A stretch of DNA of 11,900 nucleotides from Candidatus Ratteibacteria bacterium (lineage in GTDB: Bacteria; Ratteibacteria; UBA8468; B48-G9; DTJG01): the NCBI GenBank assembly GCA_049971295.1, contig JBMFLH010000058.1:1-11900 (forward strand), in the 5' to 3' direction. The position numbers were made by a program, and so were the translations under genes. Shown one piece after another: positions 1 through 8,569 of the stretch. The notes below the pieces were generated by a model, which saw only the letters and a program-made list of their open reading frames with translations, had not been told where the DNA came from and did not search any database. Position 1 is the first letter of the stretch; every line of letters starts with the position of its first letter.

Positions 1-107
1 CCTTTTCTCTTTTAATAAACAAATAGGATACAGTATGGCCCCTTTTTTAAGAAGTTTTTTTTTGAGGAAACAATATATTTTCATAGAGATTATTTCTGAG
101 GAACGCC

Positions 108-935
108 GGGAAGATTTTTCAGAATAAAAAGCTTCTGGCGATTTCTCTTATCCAGAACTGGATTGTTGGACCAATGGTGATGTTTGTTCTGGCAGTATTG
201 TTTTTGAGACATTATCCAGAGTATATGATAGGTGTGGTGCTTGTTGGTCTTGCCCGTTGCATTGCAATGGTAATTGTATGGAATGAACTGGCAGAAGGGG
301 ACAGGGAACTGGCAGTGGGGCTTGTTGCTTTTAATGCCATTTTTCAGGTGTTTCTTTACGCAGCATACATTTACATTTTTATTGTGTTTTTTCTTGGAAA
401 ACTCAATCTTGTTAAAAATCTTGAAATCAATATCTCAATGGCAGATGCGGCAAAAACTGTATTCATCTATCTGGGTATTCCATTTCTTGCAGGATTGATC
501 ACAAGATTTTCTCTTTTGAAAATTAAAGGCAAACAATGGTATGAAACAGTTTTCGTTCCGAAGATCAGTCCTATAACACTTGTTGCGCTTTTGTTTACCA
601 TTATCGTGATGTTTTCAATAAAGGGTGAATATATCGTGAAACTACCTCTGGATGTTGTCAGGGTTGCGATACCACTATGTTTGTATTTTCTGATTATGTG
701 GTTTGCAACATTTTTCCTTTTGCGAAAACTTGGAGTGGAATATTCAAAAACTGTAGCAGTTTCTTTTACTGCAGCCAGCAATGACTTTGAACTGGCTATT
801 GCAGTGGCTGTCGCAATATTTGGAATTGGTTCAAATCAGGCGTTTGCAACAGTCATTGGACCACTTCTTGAGGTTCCTGTGTTGATTATGCTGGTAAATA
901 TCGCTCTTAGATTTAAGAAAAAATTTATCACATAA
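108..935 (+). pseudogene. acr3: Acr3-family arsenite efflux transporter, 5'-truncated
   Basis: ORF 174..935 has Acr3 motifs ([34 protein letters not shown]). Similarity continues in frame upstream to about 108 ([22 protein letters not shown]). There is an in-frame TAG at 84-86, and no Acr3 N-terminal sequence (MMYPPL region) is recognisable in any frame of 1-107. Confidence 0.85.
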
Positions 936-996
936 ATCATAGAGACATAGTTGTCCGTAAAAAATGAGCCTGTATTAAATCCACTCCGGGGATCTT

Positions 997-1025
997 TTGA
1001 CAGAACCTGCTTTCTAAAGGATAAT
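997..1025 (+). promoter_or_regulatory. sigma70-type promoter upstream of the coaC-like gene
   Basis: TTGACA (997-1002), 17-bp spacer, GATAAT (1020-1025), 22 bp before the ATG at 1048. Confidence 0.7.
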
Positions 1026-1047
1026 AATTTAATAAAGACAACGGCCT

Positions 1048-1590
1048 ATGGGAAAAAATATTGTGATTGGGGTATGTGGTTCAATTGCGGCATATAAAGT
1101 TCCATCTGTAATAAGGAAACTTCAGGATAGTGGATGGAATGTAAAGGTGGTGATGACAGAGTCAGCAACAAAATTTGTCACACCCCTGACATTTGAAACT
1201 ATATCAAAAAATCAGGTTTACACTGATATGTTTAGGGAAAATTCAAAGTTTGAAATTTCTCATATTTCACTGAGTGATTTTGGCCAGATTTTACTTGTGA
1301 TTCCTGCGACAGCAAATATTATAGGGAAGGTTGCCTGCGGGATTGCGGATGATCTTCTTTCAACAACAATTATGGCATTTTCAGGGAAAGTGGTTTTTGC
1401 GCCTGCAATGAATGTGAAAATGTGGGAAAACCCCATCGTTCAGGAAAACGTGGAAAAACTAAAAAAACTCGGCTATGTTTTTGTTGAGCCAGAAACAGGA
1501 AAACTTGCAGATGGCAGGACCGGTGCAGGACGGCTTGCTGACATAGATAAAATTGTGAAGACAGTGGAAGAAATTTTCCTGCCTTCGTAA
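1048..1590 (+). CDS. coaC: Stand-alone phosphopantothenoylcysteine decarboxylase-like flavoprotein (HFCD family; CoaC domain only)
   Basis: 180 aa. Motifs GVCGSIAAYK, VMTESATKFV, HISL, PATANIIGK, GIADDLLST and PAMNVKMW match the N-terminal domain of CoaBC/Dfp. No CoaB domain follows. Confidence 0.85.
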   Translation: MGKNIVIGVCGSIAAYKVPSVIRKLQDSGWNVKVVMTESATKFVTPLTFETISKNQVYTDMFRENSKFEISHISLSDFGQILLVIPATANIIGKVACGIADDLLSTTIMAFSGKVVFAPAMNVKMWENPIVQENVEKLKKLGYVFVEPETGKLADGRTGAGRLADIDKIVKTVEEIFLPS

Positions 1591-1620
1591 CATTTTTTGG
1601 TTAACAATCTGGAGGAGAAA

Positions 1621-2985
1621 ATGGGTAAGGCATATCCGCTTGAGCCAGTAGAAGTAAAGCTAGTGAATACTAGATACAGAAAAATTGTCACAAAAATTCC
1701 TGTGCCAGAATCAATTCCGGTCCTTGAAAAACTAAGGCAGTGGGAGCCACGCTCAATGAGCGGACAGCCACTTGTTGTTTGGCACAGGGCAAAAGGAGTC
1801 AATGTTTTTGATGCATATGGAAATATGTGGCTTGACTTTTCTTCAGGGGTTCTGGTGACAAATGCAGGGCATGGAAATCCAAAGGTCTGTAAGGCAATCA
1901 AAGAAATGGTATCAAGACCTTTTCTTCACAATTATTGTTTTCCAAGTGAAGTGAGAGCGAACCTTGTGGAAAAAATTGCAAGCCTTGCACCTGAACCATT
2001 AAAAAAAGTTTTTCTTCTTACAACAGGTTCAGAAACCATAGAATGCGCAATAAAACTTTGTAGAACCGCAGGCCGAAAAATCAGTCCGGCAAAAAAAGTG
2101 ATCGTTTCTTTTGAACATGCGTTTCACGGAAGAACACTTGGTTCTCAGATGGTAGGCGGTATTCCTTCCCTTAAAGAATGGATTGGCAACCTTGACCCTG
2201 ACATGGTGCAGGTGCCGTTTCCAGGAGACCCAAGGCAAAAGGATAGAAGTTTTGATGTTTTCATCAATACTTTGAAAGATAAAGGAGTGAATTTTGATAA
2301 TATCTGTGGCGTGATTTCTGAAACATATCAGGGTGGAAGCGCGGCATTTCTACCTGTTGAATATGCTCAAAAATTGAGAGAATTTTGCGACCAGCATCAG
2401 GCGTTTCTGGTGTTTGACGAAATTCAGGCGGGATTTGGAAGAACAGGGAAACTGTGGGGTTTCCAGCATTATGGAGTACTTCCTGATATATTCACGCTCG
2501 GAAAAGGAATATCAAGCGGACTTCCAATCGCAGCCGTTGTTGGAAGGCCTGAAATTATGGATTTATACGATCCAGGAACAATGACAAGCACCCATACTGG
2601 AAATCCAGTGTGTTCTGCCTCTGCTATTGCAAACATTGACTATATCATTGAGAAAAATTTGCCAGAACATGCTGAAAAAATGGGAAAAATTTTTGAAAAA
2701 GAGCTTAACAGAGTCAAGGAAAAGTATCCTGCTGTGGGTTTTGTTTGTGGTAAGGGATTGGTCTGGGCAATGAGTATTGTAAAACCAGCAACAATTGAGC
2801 CGGATGGAGATACTGCGTTTGAAATAGTGAAAAAGTGCGTGGAAAAAGGGCTACTGCTTTTTGCTCCTGTGGGATTTGGGGGCGCCTCGTTGAAAATTGC
2901 GCCACCATTGATTATTAAAAAGGATGCGATTGTTGAGGGTTGCTCAGTGATAGAAGAAGCAATCGCTGAAACCTGCCAGTCTTAG
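1621..2985 (+). CDS. Class III PLP-dependent aminotransferase (GabT/ArgD-like), substrate unknown
   Basis: Motifs DFSSG..VTNAGH, TTGSETIE, AFHGRT, FDEIQAGFGRTG and PDIFTLGKG (PLP lysine). RBS GGAGGAG at 1611-1617 supports the ATG at 1621 over the TTG at 1597. Confidence 0.9.
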   Translation: MGKAYPLEPVEVKLVNTRYRKIVTKIPVPESIPVLEKLRQWEPRSMSGQPLVVWHRAKGVNVFDAYGNMWLDFSSGVLVTNAGHGNPKVCKAIKEMVSRPFLHNYCFPSEVRANLVEKIASLAPEPLKKVFLLTTGSETIECAIKLCRTAGRKISPAKKVIVSFEHAFHGRTLGSQMVGGIPSLKEWIGNLDPDMVQVPFPGDPRQKDRSFDVFINTLKDKGVNFDNICGVISETYQGGSAAFLPVEYAQKLREFCDQHQAFLVFDEIQAGFGRTGKLWGFQHYGVLPDIFTLGKGISSGLPIAAVVGRPEIMDLYDPGTMTSTHTGNPVCSASAIANIDYIIEKNLPEHAEKMGKIFEKELNRVKEKYPAVGFVCGKGLVWAMSIVKPATIEPDGDTAFEIVKKCVEKGLLLFAPVGFGGASLKIAPPLIIKKDAIVEGCSVIEEAIAETCQS

Positions 2986-3009
2986 TAAATCAGTTTTTGT
3001 CAGGAGAAG

Positions 3010-4083
3010 ATGATGTTAAATCTTGCAGTAATTGGTACTGGAAGATATGGTACCAATATTATCCATGCATTCAGGCAACTCCAACAGCAGGGTATTGCAA
3101 CACTTGTTTCAATCTGCGATGCCAACATTGAATTATTAAACAGGCAATGCAAAAAATACAATATAAAGGGTTATGTGGATTATAAAGAAATGTTTGAAAG
3201 AGAAAAGATTGACGCGGTTGCGATTGCCACACCAGACCATCTTCACAGAGAGATTGCTGTTTATGCGTTAAACTCTGGGAAGCACATTCTTGTTGAAAAA
3301 CCAATGGATGTGACTGTTGAGGGCTGCCTTGAAATGATGAAAGTGGCAGAAAAAAATGACCTTTTAATTCAGGTTGATTTTCATAAGAGATACGATTCAT
3401 ATCATCAGCAATTGTGTAAGGATGTCAGGTCAGGAAAATTTGGACCAATAGAATATGGGTATGTTCACATGGAAGATAGAATTGAGGTGCCAGCAGTTTG
3501 GTTTTCCTCGTGGGCGCAATACTCTTCTCCTGTTTGGTTTCTGGGAGTGCATTTTATTGATCTGGTAAGATGGTGTTTGCAATCAAACGGAAAATATGTA
3601 TTTGCCACAGGGAGTCGGCTGAAATTGAAAAAAATGGGAATTGATACGTACGATTCAGTATCTGCAAAAGTTGTCTTTGAAAATGGGACTTCTGTTACCT
3701 TTGACACCTGCTGGATATTACCGGAAGAATTTGAAGCAATAGTTAATCAATCCATCAGATTTGTTGGAACAGAAGGTATTATTGAGTGCGATACCCAGGA
3801 TAGGGGAACAAGATTGTGCACAAAAAATCTTGGAATGGAAACATATAACCTGGGATTCATTCTTGAAACACAGGATCAATATGGAAATACTGTATATAAG
3901 GGCTACGGAATTGAAAGTATTGCAGATTTTGTGTATAATATCAAGCATTTGAAAAACGGCGGAAGTTTTGAGAATTTAAAGAAGTATGCGATTAGCGCAT
4001 TTGCAGAGGATGGCCTGGAAGCAACCAGGATTGCAACTGCAATACATAGAAGCATTGAAACTGGAGAAATTGTTCATATATAA
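3010..4083 (+). CDS. Gfo/Idh/MocA-family NAD(P)-dependent oxidoreductase
   Basis: Rossmann motif AVIGTGRYG, IATPDHLH, HILVEKP, DFHKRYD and GVHFID. RBS AGGAG at 3002-3006; the start could be ATG 3010 or 3013. Confidence 0.9.
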   Translation: MMLNLAVIGTGRYGTNIIHAFRQLQQQGIATLVSICDANIELLNRQCKKYNIKGYVDYKEMFEREKIDAVAIATPDHLHREIAVYALNSGKHILVEKPMDVTVEGCLEMMKVAEKNDLLIQVDFHKRYDSYHQQLCKDVRSGKFGPIEYGYVHMEDRIEVPAVWFSSWAQYSSPVWFLGVHFIDLVRWCLQSNGKYVFATGSRLKLKKMGIDTYDSVSAKVVFENGTSVTFDTCWILPEEFEAIVNQSIRFVGTEGIIECDTQDRGTRLCTKNLGMETYNLGFILETQDQYGNTVYKGYGIESIADFVYNIKHLKNGGSFENLKKYAISAFAEDGLEATRIATAIHRSIETGEIVHI

Positions 4084-4094
4084 GGAGAAAAAAT

Positions 4095-4355
4095 ATGGCA
4101 ACCAGAATTCGTCTCGCCAGAACAGGTAAAAGAAATAGACCCTATTATAGTGTGATTGTGGTCAGCGACGAGAAGGATGGCAGGGGAGATGTCATAGAGA
4201 TTATCGGTCATTATGACCCTCTCAGGGAACCTCCTGTGTTTGAGGTAAAGGATGATAGAGTCATTCACTGGCTCAAACTTGGAGCTCAACCATCTGATAC
4301 AGTAAAAAGTTTCATTAAAAAACGGGGTCTTCTTAATCGACCGAATGCGGATTGA
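4095..4355 (+). CDS. rpsP: 30S ribosomal protein S16
   Basis: [24 protein letters not shown] and [21 protein letters not shown] upstream. Confidence 0.97.
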   Translation: MATRIRLARTGKRNRPYYSVIVVSDEKDGRGDVIEIIGHYDPLREPPVFEVKDDRVIHWLKLGAQPSDTVKSFIKKRGLLNRPNAD

Positions 4356-5061
4356 CATCATTACAATTTTCCCTGATATTTTCAGCCCTCTGGAAGCAAG
4401 CATTGTAAAAAGGGCCCAGGATAAAGGAATATTGCAAATTTATATCTGGAATCTCAGGGATTTTTCGCGTAATAAACATAAGAAGGTTGATGACGCAGTA
4501 TATGGTGGTGGCAAGGGAATGGTGCTTGCGTGCGAGCCAATTTTCCTTGCAGTGGAAGAGATTAAAAAACACAATTCAGAATCTTTGACAATTTTGACTT
4601 GTCCGCAGGGTGAAATGTTTAATCAGCAGATGGCGAAAGAACTTTCAAAAAAGAAGGGTTTGATTATTATCTGTGGACATTACGAAGGTGTAGACGAAAG
4701 AGTTCGTACCATCGTTGACTGCGAGATTTCTATTGGAGATTATGTTCTCACAGGCGGAGAATTGCCAGCGATGGTGATTGTTGATTGCATTGCAAGATTA
4801 TTACCAGGAGTATTGCCAGAAGAAGCCGCGATTTATGATTCGTTTTTTGATTGTCTTCTTGACTGGCCATGTTATACAAGGCCTGAGGAATTCAGAGGAT
4901 TAAGGGTTCCTGACATATTGCTTTCAGGGGACCATGAAAAAATTGCAAGGTGGCGTTTAAATCAGGCAATTGAAAGAACGAAACAAAAAAGGCCTGACCT
5001 TTACAAAAAGTTTATAAGAGAAAAAGGAGGACTCCATGCATCCAAAAGTCGCAGCTCTTGA
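4345..5061 (+). CDS. trmD: tRNA (guanine37-N1)-methyltransferase TrmD
   Basis: [45 protein letters not shown] and [14 protein letters not shown]; located between rpsP and rplS. Confidence 0.97.
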   Translation: MRIDIITIFPDIFSPLEASIVKRAQDKGILQIYIWNLRDFSRNKHKKVDDAVYGGGKGMVLACEPIFLAVEEIKKHNSESLTILTCPQGEMFNQQMAKELSKKKGLIIICGHYEGVDERVRTIVDCEISIGDYVLTGGELPAMVIVDCIARLLPGVLPEEAAIYDSFFDCLLDWPCYTRPEEFRGLRVPDILLSGDHEKIARWRLNQAIERTKQKRPDLYKKFIREKGGLHASKSRSS

Positions 5062-5365
5062 ATCAGAAATAAAACCGAAAAAAGAAATTCCTGAATTTTT
5101 TCCAGGGGATGAACTTGAAGTTCATATCAGGGTTCAGGAAGGCGAAAAGGTTCGTATCCAAGTGTTCACAGGTATCTGTATCGCAAGAAAAGGCACAGGA
5201 TTGAGGGAGACATTTACGGTTCGAAAAATTTCCTATGGTGAAGGGGTTGAAAGGATTTTTCCAATTTATTCACCAAATGTTGTCAAGATTAAACTGGTAA
5301 AATCAAGAAAGGATAATCGCCTTGCACCAAGAGCAAAGATGTACTATCTCAGGAAAAAAAGGTAA
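5036..5365 (+). CDS. rplS: 50S ribosomal protein L19
   Basis: [37 protein letters not shown] and [19 protein letters not shown] inside the trmD 3' end. Confidence 0.97.
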   Translation: MHPKVAALESEIKPKKEIPEFFPGDELEVHIRVQEGEKVRIQVFTGICIARKGTGLRETFTVRKISYGEGVERIFPIYSPNVVKIKLVKSRKDNRLAPRAKMYYLRKKR

Positions 5366-5367
5366 TA

Positions 5368-5718
5368 ATGAAAAGCGCCAGAGAAAAGGGATTTGAAGGA
5401 GAGCAATTTGCAGCAAAATTTCTTGAAGCAAACGGGTATAGAATTTTAGAAAGAAATTATAGAACAAAATCAGGCGAAATAGATATCATAGCCAGGAAGA
5501 ACAAAAGTATTGTATTTATTGAGGTAAAAACAAGATCTACTGATAGTTTTGGTACTCCTGTGGAAGCAGTTGATAGAAGGAAACTTGCAAAACTTGAAGA
5601 TGTTGCCAGCCAGTATATCCAGAAGAAAAAGATTGAAGAAACTGCTTGTAGATTTGAGGTTGTTTCAATAACAAAAATCAATGGCGCCTGGCAGTGTGAA
5701 ATAATTCCGGTGGATTGA
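5368..5718 (+). CDS. yraN: YraN-family (UPF0102) PD-(D/E)xK nuclease
   Basis: G..GEQFAAKFLEANGYRILERNYR..GEIDIIA..IVFIEVKTR..FGTPVEAV; typical position after rplS and before comM. Confidence 0.92.
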   Translation: MKSAREKGFEGEQFAAKFLEANGYRILERNYRTKSGEIDIIARKNKSIVFIEVKTRSTDSFGTPVEAVDRRKLAKLEDVASQYIQKKKIEETACRFEVVSITKINGAWQCEIIPVD

Positions 5719-7235
5719 TGCTTGCAAAAATTCAATCGGTTGCTGTATGGGGGATTGAAGGATATCCTGTAAGCGTTGAAATTGACATTTCAAAGGGCGT
5801 GCCATCAGTGGCAATCGTGGGGCTTCCAGACCAGGCGGTGAAAGAAAGCAGAGATAGAATTAAACCAGCCATCAAAAATTCAGGATTTGAATTCCCGCAA
5901 TCAAAAATCACGATCAATCTTGCTCCTGCTGATTTAAAAAAAGAAGGTTCCTGTTTTGACCTTCCTGTGGCTCTTGGTATTCTTGCTGCAAAGCAGATGA
6001 TACCTATTGATGTGGCGTCCAGATTTCATTTTATTGGAGAACTTGCACTCGATGGTTCTCTCAGGTCTGTCAGTGGTGTTTTACCAATGGCAATGAGCGT
6101 GAAACAATCAGGCGGAAAATTTGTTGTTCCAAAAGCCAATGCCATTGAAGCGTCTGTTGTTGGGATTGAGGTATATGGGGTTGAAAGTTTGAAGGAGTGT
6201 GTTGATTTTCTTACCGGGAAAAAAGAAATTTCACCTTACACTGTTGACTGGGACAAAATTTTATCTAATCAGAATAAGTATGATGTTGACTTTAAGGAAG
6301 TGAAAGGACAGGCCCTTGCAAGAAGGGCAATTGAGGTAGCTGTGGCAGGCGCACACAACATTTTGATGATTGGACCACCAGGGGCTGGAAAAAGTATGAT
6401 TTCAAGAAGGGTACCCACGATATTTCCACCTCTGACTGTTGAGGAGTCGATTGAAATTACAAAAATTCATAGCGTCGCCGGAATACTTGACGAGGGAATT
6501 GTTTCAACCAGACCTTTCAGGCAACCTCATCATACGATTTCTGATATTGCTCTGATCGGTGGCGGAACAATTCCAAAGCCAGGAGAAATATCACTTGCGC
6601 ACAATGGGGTCCTTTTTCTTGATGAACTACCAGAATTTCACAGGGATGTTCTTGAATCCCTTCGCCAGCCGCTTGAAGATGGAAAGGTTTCTGTTTCACG
6701 CGCCAGAGGAAGAATCGAGTTCCCATCACGATTTTTTCTTATTGCCGCGATGAACCCATGCCCCTGTGGCTGGTATGGAGACAGTCGAAGACCATGTCGT
6801 TGCACAGTGCCGCAGATTATCAAATACAGGAAAAAGATATCAGGACCATTGCTTGATAGAATAGATATTCAAATAGAAGTATCCGGACTTGGTTCAAGAC
6901 AACTGGTTTCTGATAACGTGTCAGAGTCCTCAGAGAGTATCAGAAAAAGGATTACCAGATGCAGGAAAATTCAACAGGAACGATTTGCCGGCACTGGCAT
7001 TTTCTGTAATGCTCATATGAATACAAAACAGATTAAACAATTCTGTATTCTTGATGATGAATGTAAGAAATTTCTGGAAAATGCGCTGGAAAAAATGAAT
7101 TTATCCGCGCGGGGTTATGACAGGGTTGTGAAGGTTGCAAGAACAATAGCTGATCTTGAAGAATCTGAAAAAATTTCACTAAGCCACATAGCAGAGGCAC
7201 TGCAATACAGAAGTTTTGACAGAGAACTCTGGTAG
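5718..7235 (+). CDS. comM: ComM/YifB Mg-chelatase-like AAA+ ATPase (helicase)
   Basis: IVGLPDQAVKESRDR, ITINLAPADLKKEGS.FDLP, Walker A GPPGAGKS, RPFRQPHH, Walker B LFLDELPEF, NPCPCG..CRC and ISGPLLDRID. ATG 5718 overlaps the yraN stop (TGATG). Confidence 0.95.
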   Translation: MLAKIQSVAVWGIEGYPVSVEIDISKGVPSVAIVGLPDQAVKESRDRIKPAIKNSGFEFPQSKITINLAPADLKKEGSCFDLPVALGILAAKQMIPIDVASRFHFIGELALDGSLRSVSGVLPMAMSVKQSGGKFVVPKANAIEASVVGIEVYGVESLKECVDFLTGKKEISPYTVDWDKILSNQNKYDVDFKEVKGQALARRAIEVAVAGAHNILMIGPPGAGKSMISRRVPTIFPPLTVEESIEITKIHSVAGILDEGIVSTRPFRQPHHTISDIALIGGGTIPKPGEISLAHNGVLFLDELPEFHRDVLESLRQPLEDGKVSVSRARGRIEFPSRFFLIAAMNPCPCGWYGDSRRPCRCTVPQIIKYRKKISGPLLDRIDIQIEVSGLGSRQLVSDNVSESSESIRKRITRCRKIQQERFAGTGIFCNAHMNTKQIKQFCILDDECKKFLENALEKMNLSARGYDRVVKVARTIADLEESEKISLSHIAEALQYRSFDRELW

Positions 7236-7240
7236 GAGGA

Positions 7241-8350
7241 ATGGTGGATAAAAAGATAAAACCGGGAAAAGTGGTACTGGAACTGCCTCCGATTGGTAAT
7301 AATGCGAGAAACAGTGAGGCAAGTTTTATTACTTTGAAATCAGGCAGAATAATTTTTGCCTGGTCAAAATTTTTTGGTTCTCATTCTGATTTTGGTGAAG
7401 CAGTGATTGCAACAAAATATTCAGATGATGACGGTCAGACATGGTCAAAAGATGACAGGATTTTGATAGAAAAAGAAGGTACGACCAATGTGATGAGTCC
7501 GTCTTTCTTAAGATTGCAGGACGGAAGAATTGTGATTGTGTATCTGCGAAAGGATGGAAAAAAATCCTGCATGCCATATTTCCGTACCAGCGACGATGAA
7601 CTAAAAACTCTTTCTGACCCGGTTTCAATTGCTCATGAATCCGGGTATTATGTTGTAAACAATGATCGCATGATACAGGCAAAGTGCGGTCGTATTATTG
7701 TTCCCGCCGCATTACATAGATATCGTGGTCCTTCAGTCCTTATGCCAGGAGAAGAACCAAAAACCTTCCTTGCTTCGCCAGGAATTATTCTGTTTTTTCT
7801 GAGTGATAATAACGGAAAGCAATGGGTGGAGTCTTTGACAAATTATTATAAGTGCTTCCCTTCAGGGCATGGACTTCAGGAACCAGGGGTGATTGAATTG
7901 AATGATGGAAGATTGTGGTCATGGACAAGACCTGGAACAGAAGGAAGGCAATGGGAATCTTTCAGTGATGATATTGGACAAACGTGGTCAGACCCTGTAC
8001 CATCGCAGTTTGTTACGCCCTGCAGTCCCATGCAGGTAAAAAGAATACCAAAAACAGGGCATCTTCTTGCTGTCTGGAATGACCACTCTGGAATTTTTAA
8101 GACAGAAAAACCAAAACCTATTTCCTGGGGAAGAACTCCGCTTGTTTGCGCAATCAGTGAAGACGAAGGAAAGACATGGAAACAACACAAACTTTTAGAG
8201 GACTCGCCTGAACATGGATTCTGCTATCCTGCTGTTCATTTTACTGAAGAAGCAGTTTTGATTTCATACTGTGCTGGTGGAATAACAAGCAAAATTCCTC
8301 TTGATACCATTAGAATGAGAAGGATTTTACTTGCCGATTTATATGACTGA
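7241..8350 (+). CDS. BNR/Asp-box repeat sialidase-like beta-propeller (GH33-like), no signal peptide
   Basis: Asp boxes SDDDGQTW, SDNNGKQW, SDDIGQTW and SEDEGKTW plus degenerate SDDELKTL; also QEP, GRTPL and CYP. RBS AGGAGG immediately upstream. Confidence 0.85.
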   Translation: MVDKKIKPGKVVLELPPIGNNARNSEASFITLKSGRIIFAWSKFFGSHSDFGEAVIATKYSDDDGQTWSKDDRILIEKEGTTNVMSPSFLRLQDGRIVIVYLRKDGKKSCMPYFRTSDDELKTLSDPVSIAHESGYYVVNNDRMIQAKCGRIIVPAALHRYRGPSVLMPGEEPKTFLASPGIILFFLSDNNGKQWVESLTNYYKCFPSGHGLQEPGVIELNDGRLWSWTRPGTEGRQWESFSDDIGQTWSDPVPSQFVTPCSPMQVKRIPKTGHLLAVWNDHSGIFKTEKPKPISWGRTPLVCAISEDEGKTWKQHKLLEDSPEHGFCYPAVHFTEEAVLISYCAGGITSKIPLDTIRMRRILLADLYD

Positions 8351-8568
8351 AAATGTATTGATCGGAATAAACGGCTGGAACTACCGGAACTGAGCAGGAA
8401 TATTCTATCCTGATGCATTACAATCAGAAGATTATCTGGATTTTATTCAAAATTTTTAATACTGTTGAGGTTAACTCATCTTTTTACCATTTTTCGAGAC
8501 AAACAAGTTATAAAAATTGGTATAAACATACACCAGTAGGTTTTGTTTTTTCTGTGAAAGTTCATCGA
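8343..8568 (+). pseudogene. DUF72 (YecE-like) pseudogene, N-terminal fragment
   Basis: ATG 8343 reads MTENVLIGINGWNYRN*AGIFYPDALQSEDYLDF, with TGA 8391-8393 at the usual Trp. After frameshift(s) in T/A runs near 8441-8457 it continues FNTVEVNSSFYH..NWYKHTPVGFVFSVKVHR, where similarity ends abruptly. Confidence 0.85.
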
Positions 8569-8569
8569 A

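Noticed and set aside
25..63. Minus-strand TTCTTA-N17-TATCCT promoter candidate and a T9 run (55-63) as a phase-variation tract
   Set aside because: Weak match in very AT-rich DNA, and any target gene lies outside the window. Changing the T-run length does not restore an Acr3 N-terminus.
8391..8393. In-frame TGA at a Trp position in DUF72, suggesting TGA recoding (code 4 or 25)
   Set aside because: TGA ends rpsP, yraN and the sialidase-like gene at their expected termini, Trp is encoded by TGG elsewhere, and the same gene is also frameshifted and truncated.
274..8418. Numerous short antisense or alternative-frame ORFs overlapping the main genes
   Set aside because: No recognisable motifs or RBS, and all overlap well-supported + strand genes.
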